Source of the DNA: Erythrobacter sp.
GTDB taxonomy: Bacteria > Pseudomonadota > Alphaproteobacteria > Sphingomonadales > Sphingomonadaceae
Length of the DNA stretch: 64,000 bases
Reading direction: 5' to 3'
Assembly (NCBI GenBank): GCA_046296155.1
Contig: JBKBLW010000006.1
Location: 46,230 to 110,229 of the forward strand
The notes below the pieces were generated by a model that was not told the DNA's origin, did no database searches, and worked only from the letters and a program-made list of their open reading frames with translations. Each line of letters starts with the position of its first letter. Within the stretch, counting starts at the first letter, position 1. A program made the translations under genes and the position numbers. Positions 8,330 to 16,480 of this stretch are shown here, one piece after another.

Positions 8330-10633
8330 TCAATCGTGCTTCTTCTCGCGCGTGGGCGTCAGCATGTCGGGTGAGAGGAACCCGATAGGCTGCACCGCAG
8401 CGGCGCGCTTTTTCAGTTCGCCGCGCATCTTGCGATATTCCTCTTCCATCTCGCTCGTCACTGTCGCGCGGGCATCCTTGAGCGCAGCGGCAAAATCTTC
8501 TGCGGCCACTTGGCTGACCTCGCCGCCGACCCGGCGCAGCGCCGAAAGCCCGGCCCGGCGCACCACGTCTTCCAGATCCGCACCGGTGAAACGTTCGGTC
8601 TCGGCAGCGATCGCTGCAAGATCGACATCCGGGCCAAGCGGCATCTTTGCCGTGTGGATCCGCAGGATATGCCCGCGGCCCTCCTTGTCGGGCGTCCCGA
8701 CATAGACCAACTCGTCAAAACGGCCCGGACGCAGCAGCGCGGGATCGACCAGATTGGGCCGGTTGGTGGCCCCAATCACCACCACCGATTGCAATTCTTC
8801 CAGCCCGTCCATCTCGGCAAGGATGGTATTGACGACGCGCCCCGTGACCTGGGGTTCGCCCTGGCCTGAGCCGCGCGCCGGCACCAGGCTGTCGATCTCA
8901 TCAATGAACACCACGCAAGGCGCCACTGCGCGGGCGCGGGCAAACAGGCGCGCGATCTGCTGTTCGCTCTCGCCATACCACTTGGAGAGGAGATCGGAGG
9001 ACTTCATCGAGATGAAGTTGGCCTCTGCCTCCTTTGCAACTGCCTTCGCCAACAGCGTCTTGCCCGTTCCGGGCGGCCCATAAAGCAGGAAACCCTTGGC
9101 CGGACGAATCCCGAGGCGACGGAAGGCATCGGGGTTTTTCAAAGGCAGTTCGATGCCTTCCTTGAGCTTGCTGACAGCCTCGCCCACCCCGCCAATATCG
9201 TCCCAGCCGACATTGGGAACCTGCACCATCACCTCGCGCATGGCGGAAGGCTGGACGCGCTTGAGCGCCGCGAGAAAATCCTCGCGCGTAACACTCAGAT
9301 CTTCCAGCACTTCGGGCGGAATGGTGCGCTCGTCCAGGTCAAGCCGCGGCATGATCCGCCGCACCGCTTCGATGGCAGCCTCGCGGGCGAGCGCTGCGAT
9401 ATCCGCACCGACAAAACCATGCGTCACGCGGGCGAGTTCATCCAGATCAACGCCCTCGGCAAGCGGCATCCCGCGGGTATGAATCGAGAGAATCTCGCGC
9501 CGCCCGCGTTCATCGGGCACACCGATCACAATCTCGCGATCAAACCGCCCCGGACGGCGCAGCGCCTCGTCGATGGCGTCAGGCCGGTTGGTGGCCGCGA
9601 TCACCACCAGATTGGCGCGCTTTTCCAGCCCGTCCATCAGCGTCAGCAATTGCGCGACCAGCCGCTTTTCGGCCTCGCCCGGCACCTGGGTGCGCTTGGG
9701 GGCGATCGAATCGATCTCGTCGATAAAAATGATCGCAGGCGCCGCGCGGGCGGCTTCCTCGAACACTTCCCTCAGGCGTTTTTCCGATTCGCCATAGCCC
9801 GAGCCCATGATCTCAGGGCCATTGATGGTGAAGAATTCGGCATCGCTTTCATTCGCCACCGCCTGGGCAAGCCGCGTCTTGCCAGTGCCGGGCGGGCCAT
9901 GGAGCAGCACACCCTTGGGTGGCTCGACACCGAGGCGGATGAACAGCTCAGGGTAACGCAGCGGCAATTCGACCATTTCGCGCAAAGCGCGGATGGTTTC
10001 TTCCATCCCGCCGACATCATCATAATTGACGACCGCACGGGCATCGCGTGGTTCTTCGAACTCGGTGCGAAGTTCCACCTCGGTGTTTTCGTCGATATGG
10101 ACAATGCCCTTGGGCGTGGTCGCGGCCACGGAAAGCCGGATTTGGGTGAGCGCATAGGCAGGCACGCGCAGCAATTGGCGCACCTCTGAAGGCATGTTCT
10201 GCACTGGCTGCTGGCCGGTGGTTGCCACCAGATCGCCGGCAACCAGCGGGCGGCGGAAGAAATTGCGCTTCAGGGCATGGGTCGGCCCCTGCAAGCGCAT
10301 CTCGCGCTGGGCAGGCGCGAACACCACGCGGGTGGCGGCGCGCGATTCGCCGCGGGCAATGGCGACATGCTCGCCCGAGCCGACCTCGGCATTGCCGCGC
10401 TGCAAGCCATCGAGCCGCACCACATCAAGCGCATCATCTTCGGGATAGGCGGCCATCGCGATGGCGGCCGTCACCCGCTTGCCGGTGATCTCGACGACAT
10501 CGCCTTCGGCAAGCCCCAGTTTCTGGAAGGCGGCGCGCGGCAAGCGGGCAATGCCCTGCCCTGATTCCTCCTGACGGGCTGGGGCAACCTGCAAGCGCAG
10601 GCTGCGATCGGTGGTCGGGGCAGCGTCAGCCAT
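8330..10633 (-). CDS. CDC48/p97/VAT-like AAA+ ATPase (N-domain plus two AAA modules)
   Basis: 767 aa. The N-terminus resembles the CDC48 double-psi barrel N domain (LRLQVAPARQEESGQGIARLPRAAFQKLGLAEGDVVEITGKR). Two full AAA cassettes each carry GPPGTGKT Walker A, IIFIDEIDS / VVFIDEIDS Walker B and a second region of homology (ATNRPD..LRRPGRFD). Confidence 0.9.
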   Translation of the reverse strand: MADAAPTTDRSLRLQVAPARQEESGQGIARLPRAAFQKLGLAEGDVVEITGKRVTAAIAMAAYPEDDALDVVRLDGLQRGNAEVGSGEHVAIARGESRAATRVVFAPAQREMRLQGPTHALKRNFFRRPLVAGDLVATTGQQPVQNMPSEVRQLLRVPAYALTQIRLSVAATTPKGIVHIDENTEVELRTEFEEPRDARAVVNYDDVGGMEETIRALREMVELPLRYPELFIRLGVEPPKGVLLHGPPGTGKTRLAQAVANESDAEFFTINGPEIMGSGYGESEKRLREVFEEAARAAPAIIFIDEIDSIAPKRTQVPGEAEKRLVAQLLTLMDGLEKRANLVVIAATNRPDAIDEALRRPGRFDREIVIGVPDERGRREILSIHTRGMPLAEGVDLDELARVTHGFVGADIAALAREAAIEAVRRIMPRLDLDERTIPPEVLEDLSVTREDFLAALKRVQPSAMREVMVQVPNVGWDDIGGVGEAVSKLKEGIELPLKNPDAFRRLGIRPAKGFLLYGPPGTGKTLLAKAVAKEAEANFISMKSSDLLSKWYGESEQQIARLFARARAVAPCVVFIDEIDSLVPARGSGQGEPQVTGRVVNTILAEMDGLEELQSVVVIGATNRPNLVDPALLRPGRFDELVYVGTPDKEGRGHILRIHTAKMPLGPDVDLAAIAAETERFTGADLEDVVRRAGLSALRRVGGEVSQVAAEDFAAALKDARATVTSEMEEEYRKMRGELKKRAAAVQPIGFLSPDMLTPTREKKHD

Positions 10634-10786
10634 AGGGTCTCTCGAAACGGGTGGTCACCTGCACAAGCTAGGAACCGGGGAGCGGGAATGCAATCGGAAG
10701 GGCCCGGCAAGGCCTTGCGCCAAGCCCGGCGAGCCGCTGCACTTGTGCCGGAAACAAGCGCGGCGCACCATCCGGCCCCGTGCCGG

Positions 10787-10817
10787 ACAAAAAAAGCCCG
10801 GCACGGGGCCGGGCTTT
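10787..10817 (-). terminator. Orphan rho-independent terminator (minus strand), part of a larger 15-bp perfect hairpin
   Basis: The minus strand reads AAAGCCCGGC-ccCGU-GCCGGGCUUU followed by UUUU (a U7 run in total). On the + strand, CCGGCCCCGTGCCGG (10772-10786) is perfectly complementary to CCGGCACGGGGCCGG (10798-10812). No annotated minus-strand gene ends here. Confidence 0.6.
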
Positions 10818-10852
10818 GAAAGTTTGGGAGAGGATGCCTGAAAGGCAATTTC

Positions 10853-10960
10853 GCATTTGCAGCAAAATTTGCGGGGGTGCAAGTGCGAAAGGTGCATAGT
10901 TAGTTGCAAAATTTGCTCATGGAGCACTTAAACGCACCAAGATGTGAAAAAATTTGCACA
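10853..10960. promoter_or_regulatory. Array of GCAAA-N-TTTGC / TGCA palindromes (candidate enhancer or operator sites)
   Basis: GCAAAATTTGC occurs at 10862-10872 and again at 10906-10916. The first copy overlaps TTTGC-A-GCAAA. A degenerate copy GTGAAAAAATTTGCAC lies at 10945-10960. GGTGCA direct repeats lie at 10876-10881 and 10891-10896. Confidence 0.45.
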
Positions 10961-11003
10961 TTTCTGCCGCGCCAATAGGCATTTGTCTAGATTATAGGCA
11001 GAT

Positions 11004-11019
11004 TGGCCGCTGATTTGCG
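11004..11019 (+). promoter_or_regulatory. Candidate sigma-54 (-24/-12) promoter for the sco operon
   Basis: TGGCCG-CTGAT-TTGCG compared with the consensus TGGCAC-N5-TTGCW. The GG and GC dinucleotides are present at the correct spacing. It lies about 130 nt upstream of the scoA ATG. Confidence 0.45.
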
Positions 11020-11032
11020 ATTTTGCGCTGCA

Positions 11033-11048
11033 GCAAGATGCATCTTGC
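11033..11048. promoter_or_regulatory. Perfect 16-bp palindrome GCAAGATGCATCTTGC (operator or 5'-UTR hairpin)
   Basis: The sequence is exactly self-complementary. It lies immediately downstream of the putative -12 element and 100 nt upstream of scoA. Confidence 0.4.
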
Positions 11049-11147
11049 GGCGGTGCGGCGATTTTTCGCTCCGCGCTGTAACCAAAATGCCTCGCCAAGC
11101 GTTCCCGAGTGTTGTGAAAACCTGGCGCAAATACTAGGCACGCAGCC

Positions 11148-11864
11148 ATGAGCAAACTCTATCCCGACGCCGCCACCGCCCTCGCCGATGTCCTTCGCAA
11201 CGACATGCTGATCGCTGCCGGAGGCTTTGGCCTGTGCGGCCTGCCCGAGCGCCTGCTCGATGCCATTCGCGATAGTGGCGTCACCGGCCTTACCTTTGTC
11301 AGCAACAATGCCGGCATCGACAATGAAGGTATCGGCAAGCTGCTGCGCACCCGGCAGGTCAAGAAGATGATCTCCTCCTATGTCGGCGAGAACAAGGAGT
11401 TCGAACGCCAATATCTTGCAGGCGAGCTCGAGGTGGAGTTCTGCCCGCAAGGCACGCTCGCCGAACGCATGCGTGCCGGCGGCGCTGGCATTCCCGGCTT
11501 CTATACCCGCACCGGCGTTGGCACGCTGGTGGCCGAAGGCAAGGAACACAAGCAATTTCCCGACCGCGACGGGGTGATGCAGACCTATATCCTCGAACAC
11601 GGGATCTTTGCCGATCTTGCGGTTATCAAGGCATGGAAGGCCGACGAGACCGGAAACCTCGTGTTCCGCAAGACCGCGCGCAACTTCAATCTGCCTGCGG
11701 CCACCTGCGGCAAGGTGTGCGTCGCCGAAGTCGAGGAAGTCGTGCCCGCAGGCGCGCTTGATCCCGATCAGATCCACCTGCCCGGCGTCTATGTGAACCG
11801 CATGATTGTCGGCGCGCCTTATGACAAGAAGATCGAGTTCCGCACTGTGCGCGAGCGGGTGTAA
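11148..11864 (+). CDS. scoA: 3-oxoacid (succinyl-CoA:acetoacetate) CoA-transferase subunit A
   Basis: 238 aa. MSKLYPDAATALADVLRNDMLIAAGGFGLCGLPERLL.., SNNAG, and EVEFCPQGTLAERMRAGGAGIPGFYT are typical of family I CoA-transferase alpha subunits. Confidence 0.93.
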   Translation: MSKLYPDAATALADVLRNDMLIAAGGFGLCGLPERLLDAIRDSGVTGLTFVSNNAGIDNEGIGKLLRTRQVKKMISSYVGENKEFERQYLAGELEVEFCPQGTLAERMRAGGAGIPGFYTRTGVGTLVAEGKEHKQFPDRDGVMQTYILEHGIFADLAVIKAWKADETGNLVFRKTARNFNLPAATCGKVCVAEVEEVVPAGALDPDQIHLPGVYVNRMIVGAPYDKKIEFRTVRERV

Positions 11865-11891
11865 CCGGCAGATCTGGGCGAGGATGGCACC

Positions 11892-12770
11892 ATGAAACTG
11901 CGGCTCGGGCAGATCGCAGCGGTGATGCTGGCAGCGAGCGCGCTGAGCGGCTGCGCGGCTGCGCTTATCCCGGTGCTGGCGAGCGGCGCCCTGGCAACCA
12001 CCGCGGATACTGGATCAAATGCTGGCGAAGCAAGGCCCGAACCAGCCGCCTTGCCCGCACCAGCGCGTCCGGGCAGCGTCACCGTGAACCTGCCACCCAA
12101 GGCCTATCCGCCCGCTGCCGCAGCGCCTGCCCCTGCACCGCTCATCACCACCCCGCTCGCCGCCCTGCAGCTTACCAGCTTCGATCCGGGCTTTGCACGG
12201 CTGGCCGATTACGCGCTGGCCGAAGCGCGCCGCGCGGCTTCGGGCACACCGCCCGTCTCCGCCGTGCTGGCTGATCCGGTGGCACTTGATGGGGCAAGGC
12301 GCATCTGCCGCGAGGATCAGACTGCAGTGGTGGTGATTGATCTCGATCCGGCCGGGGGGGCATTTGCCGCCCCTGCCAGCCTCCCCGCCCTGCCCGAGCA
12401 CGCCGCCGCGCTGGCTGAGATGCGTGCGGCGGGGATTGCGATTGCATGGATCTCGCACAGCCCCGTTACCCAGACAGGCGCCATCCGCCGCGCGCTTGAA
12501 GGTGCTGGACTTGATCCGCGCGGGGCCGATATGCTTGTGCTGGCGCAGGATTCTGCCAGCCGCAAGCAGGTGCTGCGCGACACGCTGGCGAGCAATTCCT
12601 GCATCCTCGCAATCGGCGGCGACGAACGCGCTGATTTCGACGAGCGATTCGGTTATCTGCGGAACCCAGCAGCGGGCGCACGGCTTGAAACGCTGATCGG
12701 CGAGGGACCATGGTTCCTGATCCGCAACATCTTCTCCTCCACCCCCAGCAACGAGGCCCCTGCCCCATGA
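11892..12770 (+). CDS. Lipoprotein with degenerate HAD / class-B acid phosphatase (e(P4))-like C-terminal domain
   Basis: Lipobox ALSGCA and a Pro/Ala-rich linker. HAD-like motifs: [12 protein letters not shown] (DxD nucleophile motif, Thr lost), [10 protein letters not shown], and [16 protein letters not shown]. The stop overlaps the scoB start (ATGA). Confidence 0.65.
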   Translation: MKLRLGQIAAVMLAASALSGCAAALIPVLASGALATTADTGSNAGEARPEPAALPAPARPGSVTVNLPPKAYPPAAAAPAPAPLITTPLAALQLTSFDPGFARLADYALAEARRAASGTPPVSAVLADPVALDGARRICREDQTAVVVIDLDPAGGAFAAPASLPALPEHAAALAEMRAAGIAIAWISHSPVTQTGAIRRALEGAGLDPRGADMLVLAQDSASRKQVLRDTLASNSCILAIGGDERADFDERFGYLRNPAAGARLETLIGEGPWFLIRNIFSSTPSNEAPAP

Positions 12771-13447
12771 CCACGCCTGACGCCAAGACCCCGCCTGCGG
12801 GCTGGAACCGCGACCAGATGGCCGCCCGCGCCGCACAGGAATTGCGCGATGGCTATTATGTCAATCTCGGCATCGGCATCCCGACGCTGGTGGCCAACCA
12901 CATCCCCGAAGGCATGATGGTGACGCTGCAAAGCGAGAACGGGATGCTCGGCATCGGGCCGTTCCCCTATGATGACGAGGTTGATCCCGATCTTATCAAT
13001 GCCGGCAAGCAGACCATCAGCGAATTGCCCCATTCGGCCTATTTCGACAGCGCAACGAGTTTTGCCATGATCCGCGGCGGGCATATTGATCTTACCGTGC
13101 TCGGCGCGATGGAAGTCGCTGAAAATGGCGACATCGCCAACTGGATGATACCCGGCAAGATGATCAAGGGCATGGGCGGCGCGATGGACCTGGTCGCTGG
13201 CGTCAGGAAGATCATCGTGGTGATGGATCATACCGCCAAGGACGGAAGCCCCAAGTTCATTCCGGCCTGCACCCTGCCGCTCACGGGGCAGGGCGTGGTC
13301 GACATGATCATCACCAACCTGGGTGTCTTCCACCGCCCCGATCATGCCAGCGCGTTCCGTCTGATCGAACTCGCACCCGGCGTCACCGAGGCGGACATCG
13401 CGGCCTTCACCACCGCCCATTACGAAGTGGCTCTGGCGCACGCCTGA
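12767..13447 (+). CDS. scoB: 3-oxoacid CoA-transferase subunit B
   Basis: Internal start MTTPDAK.. of ORF 12710..13447. [15 protein letters not shown] and the catalytic-Glu motif LQSENGMLG are present. Confidence 0.92.
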   Translation: MTTPDAKTPPAGWNRDQMAARAAQELRDGYYVNLGIGIPTLVANHIPEGMMVTLQSENGMLGIGPFPYDDEVDPDLINAGKQTISELPHSAYFDSATSFAMIRGGHIDLTVLGAMEVAENGDIANWMIPGKMIKGMGGAMDLVAGVRKIIVVMDHTAKDGSPKFIPACTLPLTGQGVVDMIITNLGVFHRPDHASAFRLIELAPGVTEADIAAFTTAHYEVALAHA

Positions 13448-13453
13448 CCGCTG

Positions 13454-13924
13454 ATGACCACCTATTACATTCTCCTGTTCATCCACCACACCGGCGTGAT
13501 CCTGCTGGTGGGGAACATCACGGTGACAGCGGTGTGGAAAGTGTTTGCCAATCGCACGGGCGACGCGCGGATCATCGCTTTCGGGCAAAGGCTGGTCACC
13601 GGCACGGATTTCGGGCTCACGATCCCTGGCATCGTGCTCACCATGGCGGGCGGTTATGGCTGCGCGGTTCTGATGGGATATCCGCTGTTCGAGGATTTGT
13701 GGCTGATTGCCAGCCAGGCACTGTTCGTTCTTGCCGGCCTCATCTGGCTGGGCATTCTGGTGCCCATTCAGGTGCGCCAGGCGCGGATCGCGCGCGGCTT
13801 TGCGAACGGCGGCGCGGTATCGGATGAATATCGCGCCCTTTCCCGCCGCTGGATCACCTGGGGGCTGATCAGCACGGTGCCGATGGTGGCGGTCTTGTGG
13901 CTGATGGTGGCAAAGCCCGCATGA
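13454..13924 (+). CDS. DUF2269-family integral membrane protein
   Basis: 156 aa with four predicted TM helices. The N-terminus YYILLFIHHTGVILLVGNITVTAVW is typical of DUF2269. It starts 6 nt after scoB. Confidence 0.7.
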   Translation: MTTYYILLFIHHTGVILLVGNITVTAVWKVFANRTGDARIIAFGQRLVTGTDFGLTIPGIVLTMAGGYGCAVLMGYPLFEDLWLIASQALFVLAGLIWLGILVPIQVRQARIARGFANGGAVSDEYRALSRRWITWGLISTVPMVAVLWLMVAKPA

Positions 13925-15084
13925 CCAGCTGGCTCGCTGCGCCGCGTAACGCGAATGCGCCGCTTGCCGGCCTCAAGGTGCTGGAGCTCGCCCGCGTGCT
14001 GGCAGGGCCGTTCTGCGGGCAGATCCTTGCCGACCTTGGTGCCGACGTGATCAAGGTCGAAAGCCCCGAAGGGGACGGCACAAGGCTGTGGGGGCCGCCG
14101 TGGGTCGAACGGGTCGATGCCAGCGGGAAGGTTCAGCGGGAGGCGGCCTATTATCACGCCTGCAACCGGGGCAAGCGTTCGATCATCGCCGATTTCACAC
14201 AGGCCGAGGATCTCGCACGGGTCAAGGCGCTGGCAGCCGACGCCGACGTGCTGATCGAAAATTTCAAGGTCGGCGCGCTCGCCAAGTTCGGACTGGATTA
14301 TGCCAGTCTTGCCGCCGCCAATCCGGGCCTTGTCTATTGCTCGATCACCGGCTTTGGCCAGACCGGCCCGCGCGCGGGCGAGGCGGGCTATGATTTCGTC
14401 GCGCAAGGGATGAGCGGGCTGATGTCGCTGACCGGCGAGCCGCAGGGCCACCCTGTCAAGGCGGGGGTTTCGATCTCGGATATTGCCACCGGGATATGGG
14501 CGGCAAACGGCGTGCAGGCGGCGCTGCTGATGCGGCACCGCACCGGCAAGGGACAACAGGTCGACATGAGCCTGCTCGATTGTTCGGTCGGCCTGCTCGC
14601 CAATCAGGCGAGCTATTTCCTTACAACCAAAGAAAACCCGCCGCGCATGGGCAATGCCCATGCACAGGTGGCGCCATACGGGGTGTTTGCGGTGGCGGAT
14701 GGGCACGTGATCCTTGCCCCCGCCAATGACCGCCTGTTTGCACGCCTGATGACGGTGCTGGGCCTTGGCGCGCTGGTGGATGATGAACGCTTTGCCACCA
14801 ACGCCGCGCGCACCGCCAACGCCGCCGCGCTCGATGCCGAAATCGCGGCGGCAGCGAGCGGGTGGACCAAGCAGGGCCTGCTCGATGCCTGCCATGCCGC
14901 AAGCGTTCCGGCAGGGCCGATCAACCGGCTGGACGAGGTCTTTGCTGACCCGCAAGTGATTGCCCGTGGAATGCGGATCGAACTGGGCGGGATGGCAGGA
15001 GTGCGCAGCCCTTTCATCTTTTCCGGTGCCGAACTGGCGCTGGATCGCCCTTCGCCCATGCTGGGCGAAGATGATGAGGGGTAA
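13921..15084 (+). CDS. Family III CoA-transferase (CaiB/BaiF type)
   Basis: Start MTSWLAAP.. overlaps the upstream stop (ATGA). LAGLKVLELARVLAGPFCGQILADLGADVIKVESPEGD is the family III N-terminal signature. Confidence 0.88.
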   Translation: MTSWLAAPRNANAPLAGLKVLELARVLAGPFCGQILADLGADVIKVESPEGDGTRLWGPPWVERVDASGKVQREAAYYHACNRGKRSIIADFTQAEDLARVKALAADADVLIENFKVGALAKFGLDYASLAAANPGLVYCSITGFGQTGPRAGEAGYDFVAQGMSGLMSLTGEPQGHPVKAGVSISDIATGIWAANGVQAALLMRHRTGKGQQVDMSLLDCSVGLLANQASYFLTTKENPPRMGNAHAQVAPYGVFAVADGHVILAPANDRLFARLMTVLGLGALVDDERFATNAARTANAAALDAEIAAAASGWTKQGLLDACHAASVPAGPINRLDEVFADPQVIARGMRIELGGMAGVRSPFIFSGAELALDRPSPMLGEDDEG

Positions 15085-15146
15085 GAGCGCCCAGGCCCCC
15101 AGCCGCAAGGCAGGAGGCCCGAGAAATCCTGGCTGCGGCGTGAGCG

Positions 15147-16394
15147 TCAGGCCAGCGCAGCCTTGAGATCATCCACCAGATCAAGGCGCTCCCACGGGAA
15201 GAAATCGTCCTCGGCCTCGCGGCCAAAATGCCCATAGGCCGCGGTCCGCTGGTAGATCGGCTTGTTGAGGCCGAGATGGGTGCGGATCGCACGCGGGGTC
15301 AACCCGCCCAGCTTGGCAATCCCGAGGATCGCCTGTTCGATCTTGTCATCGCCAACGGTCCCGGTCTCGTGGGTATCGACATAAAGCGAAAGCGGCTCGG
15401 ACACCCCGATCGCATAGGCGATCTGGATCGTGCAGCGTGTCGCAAAGCCGGCGGCAACCACGTTCTTGGCGAGGTAGCGGGTGATATAGGCGGCCGAACG
15501 GTCGACCTTGGTCGGATCCTTGCCGCTGAACGCGCCGCCGCCATGCGGGGCCGCACCGCCATAGGTATCAACGATGATCTTGCGCCCTGTCAGCCCCGCG
15601 TCGCCATCCGGCCCGCCGATTTCAAAGGCACCCGTCGGGTTGATGTAATACTTGGTCTCGCGCAGCAGCACCGGCGGGATCACGTCGGCGACGACTTTTT
15701 TCACATAGGCCTCAAGTTCGGCATACTTGGCCGGGTCAGCGTGATCGCCGGTCAGGCAATAGCCGCGCTTGTGCTGGGTCGAGACCACCACCGCAGTTGC
15801 CGCCACCGGCAGCGAGCCTTCGTAGCGCAAGGTCACCTGGCTCTTGGCATCGGGCTCGAGGAAAGGTGCCTTGCCCGCATGACGATCAGCCGCCATGCGC
15901 TCCAAAATCTTGTGGCTGTAATAGAGCGTTGCGGGCATATAGCCGGGGGTTTCATCCGTGGCATAGCCAAACATGATGCCCTGATCGCCTGCACCTTCGT
16001 CCTTGTTGTCCTTGGCGTCCACCCCTTGCGCGATTTCCGCCGACTGGCCATGCAGGCGGTTGATGAATTCGAACGTCTTCCAATGGAAGCGATCCTGCTC
16101 ATAGCCGATGCGCTGCACAGTCTGGCGAACGACCTGCTCAATCTCTTCCCGCGCGCCCGGCGCCCAGTAGTCGTTGGCCTTCCATTCCTCGTTCTTCTCG
16201 TCATAGACGCCCTTGCAGCGGATTTCGCCCGCCAGCACCACCAGATTGGTGGTCGTCAGGGTTTCGCAGGCGATGCGCGCTTCGGGGTCCTTCGTGAGGA
16301 ACAGATCGACGATGGCGTCCGAAATCTGGTCTGCCACCTTGTCGGGATGGCCTTCAGAAACGCTTTCGGACGTAAACAGGTAATCGGTACGCAT
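15147..16394 (-). CDS. metK: S-adenosylmethionine synthetase
   Basis: [30 protein letters not shown].., [12 protein letters not shown], and [19 protein letters not shown]. Confidence 0.96.
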   Translation of the reverse strand: MRTDYLFTSESVSEGHPDKVADQISDAIVDLFLTKDPEARIACETLTTTNLVVLAGEIRCKGVYDEKNEEWKANDYWAPGAREEIEQVVRQTVQRIGYEQDRFHWKTFEFINRLHGQSAEIAQGVDAKDNKDEGAGDQGIMFGYATDETPGYMPATLYYSHKILERMAADRHAGKAPFLEPDAKSQVTLRYEGSLPVAATAVVVSTQHKRGYCLTGDHADPAKYAELEAYVKKVVADVIPPVLLRETKYYINPTGAFEIGGPDGDAGLTGRKIIVDTYGGAAPHGGGAFSGKDPTKVDRSAAYITRYLAKNVVAAGFATRCTIQIAYAIGVSEPLSLYVDTHETGTVGDDKIEQAILGIAKLGGLTPRAIRTHLGLNKPIYQRTAAYGHFGREAEDDFFPWERLDLVDDLKAALA

Positions 16395-16480
16395 GGAGCC
16401 TCCGGTTTGCAAAGCTGCGCCAGACCCGTGCCCTTATGCAGATATAAGGAAACCTTTATGTCCGGCCTTTGCCCAAGGCC

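Noticed and set aside
10655-10927. A 90-aa minus-strand ORF (and 10928..11155) in the long spacer as possible small proteins.
   Set aside because: There is no SD, the composition is atypical, and the ORF reads straight through the terminator hairpin. A non-coding interpretation is preferred.
11122-11140. A second sigma-54-like element, CTGGCGCAAATACTAGGCA, just upstream of scoA.
   Set aside because: GG is present, but the -12 position reads CTAG rather than TTGC, so no GC sits at the required spacing.
16395-16480. A possible SAM riboswitch (SAM-II or SAM-SAH) in the metK 5' leader.
   Set aside because: Only 86 nt are available. I see two small hairpins (GGCCUU-gggca-AAGGCC and CCUUAU-aucugc-AUAAGG) but no recognisable SAM-II/SAM-V pseudoknot core or SAM-SAH motif. 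A covariance-model scan would be needed to overturn this.
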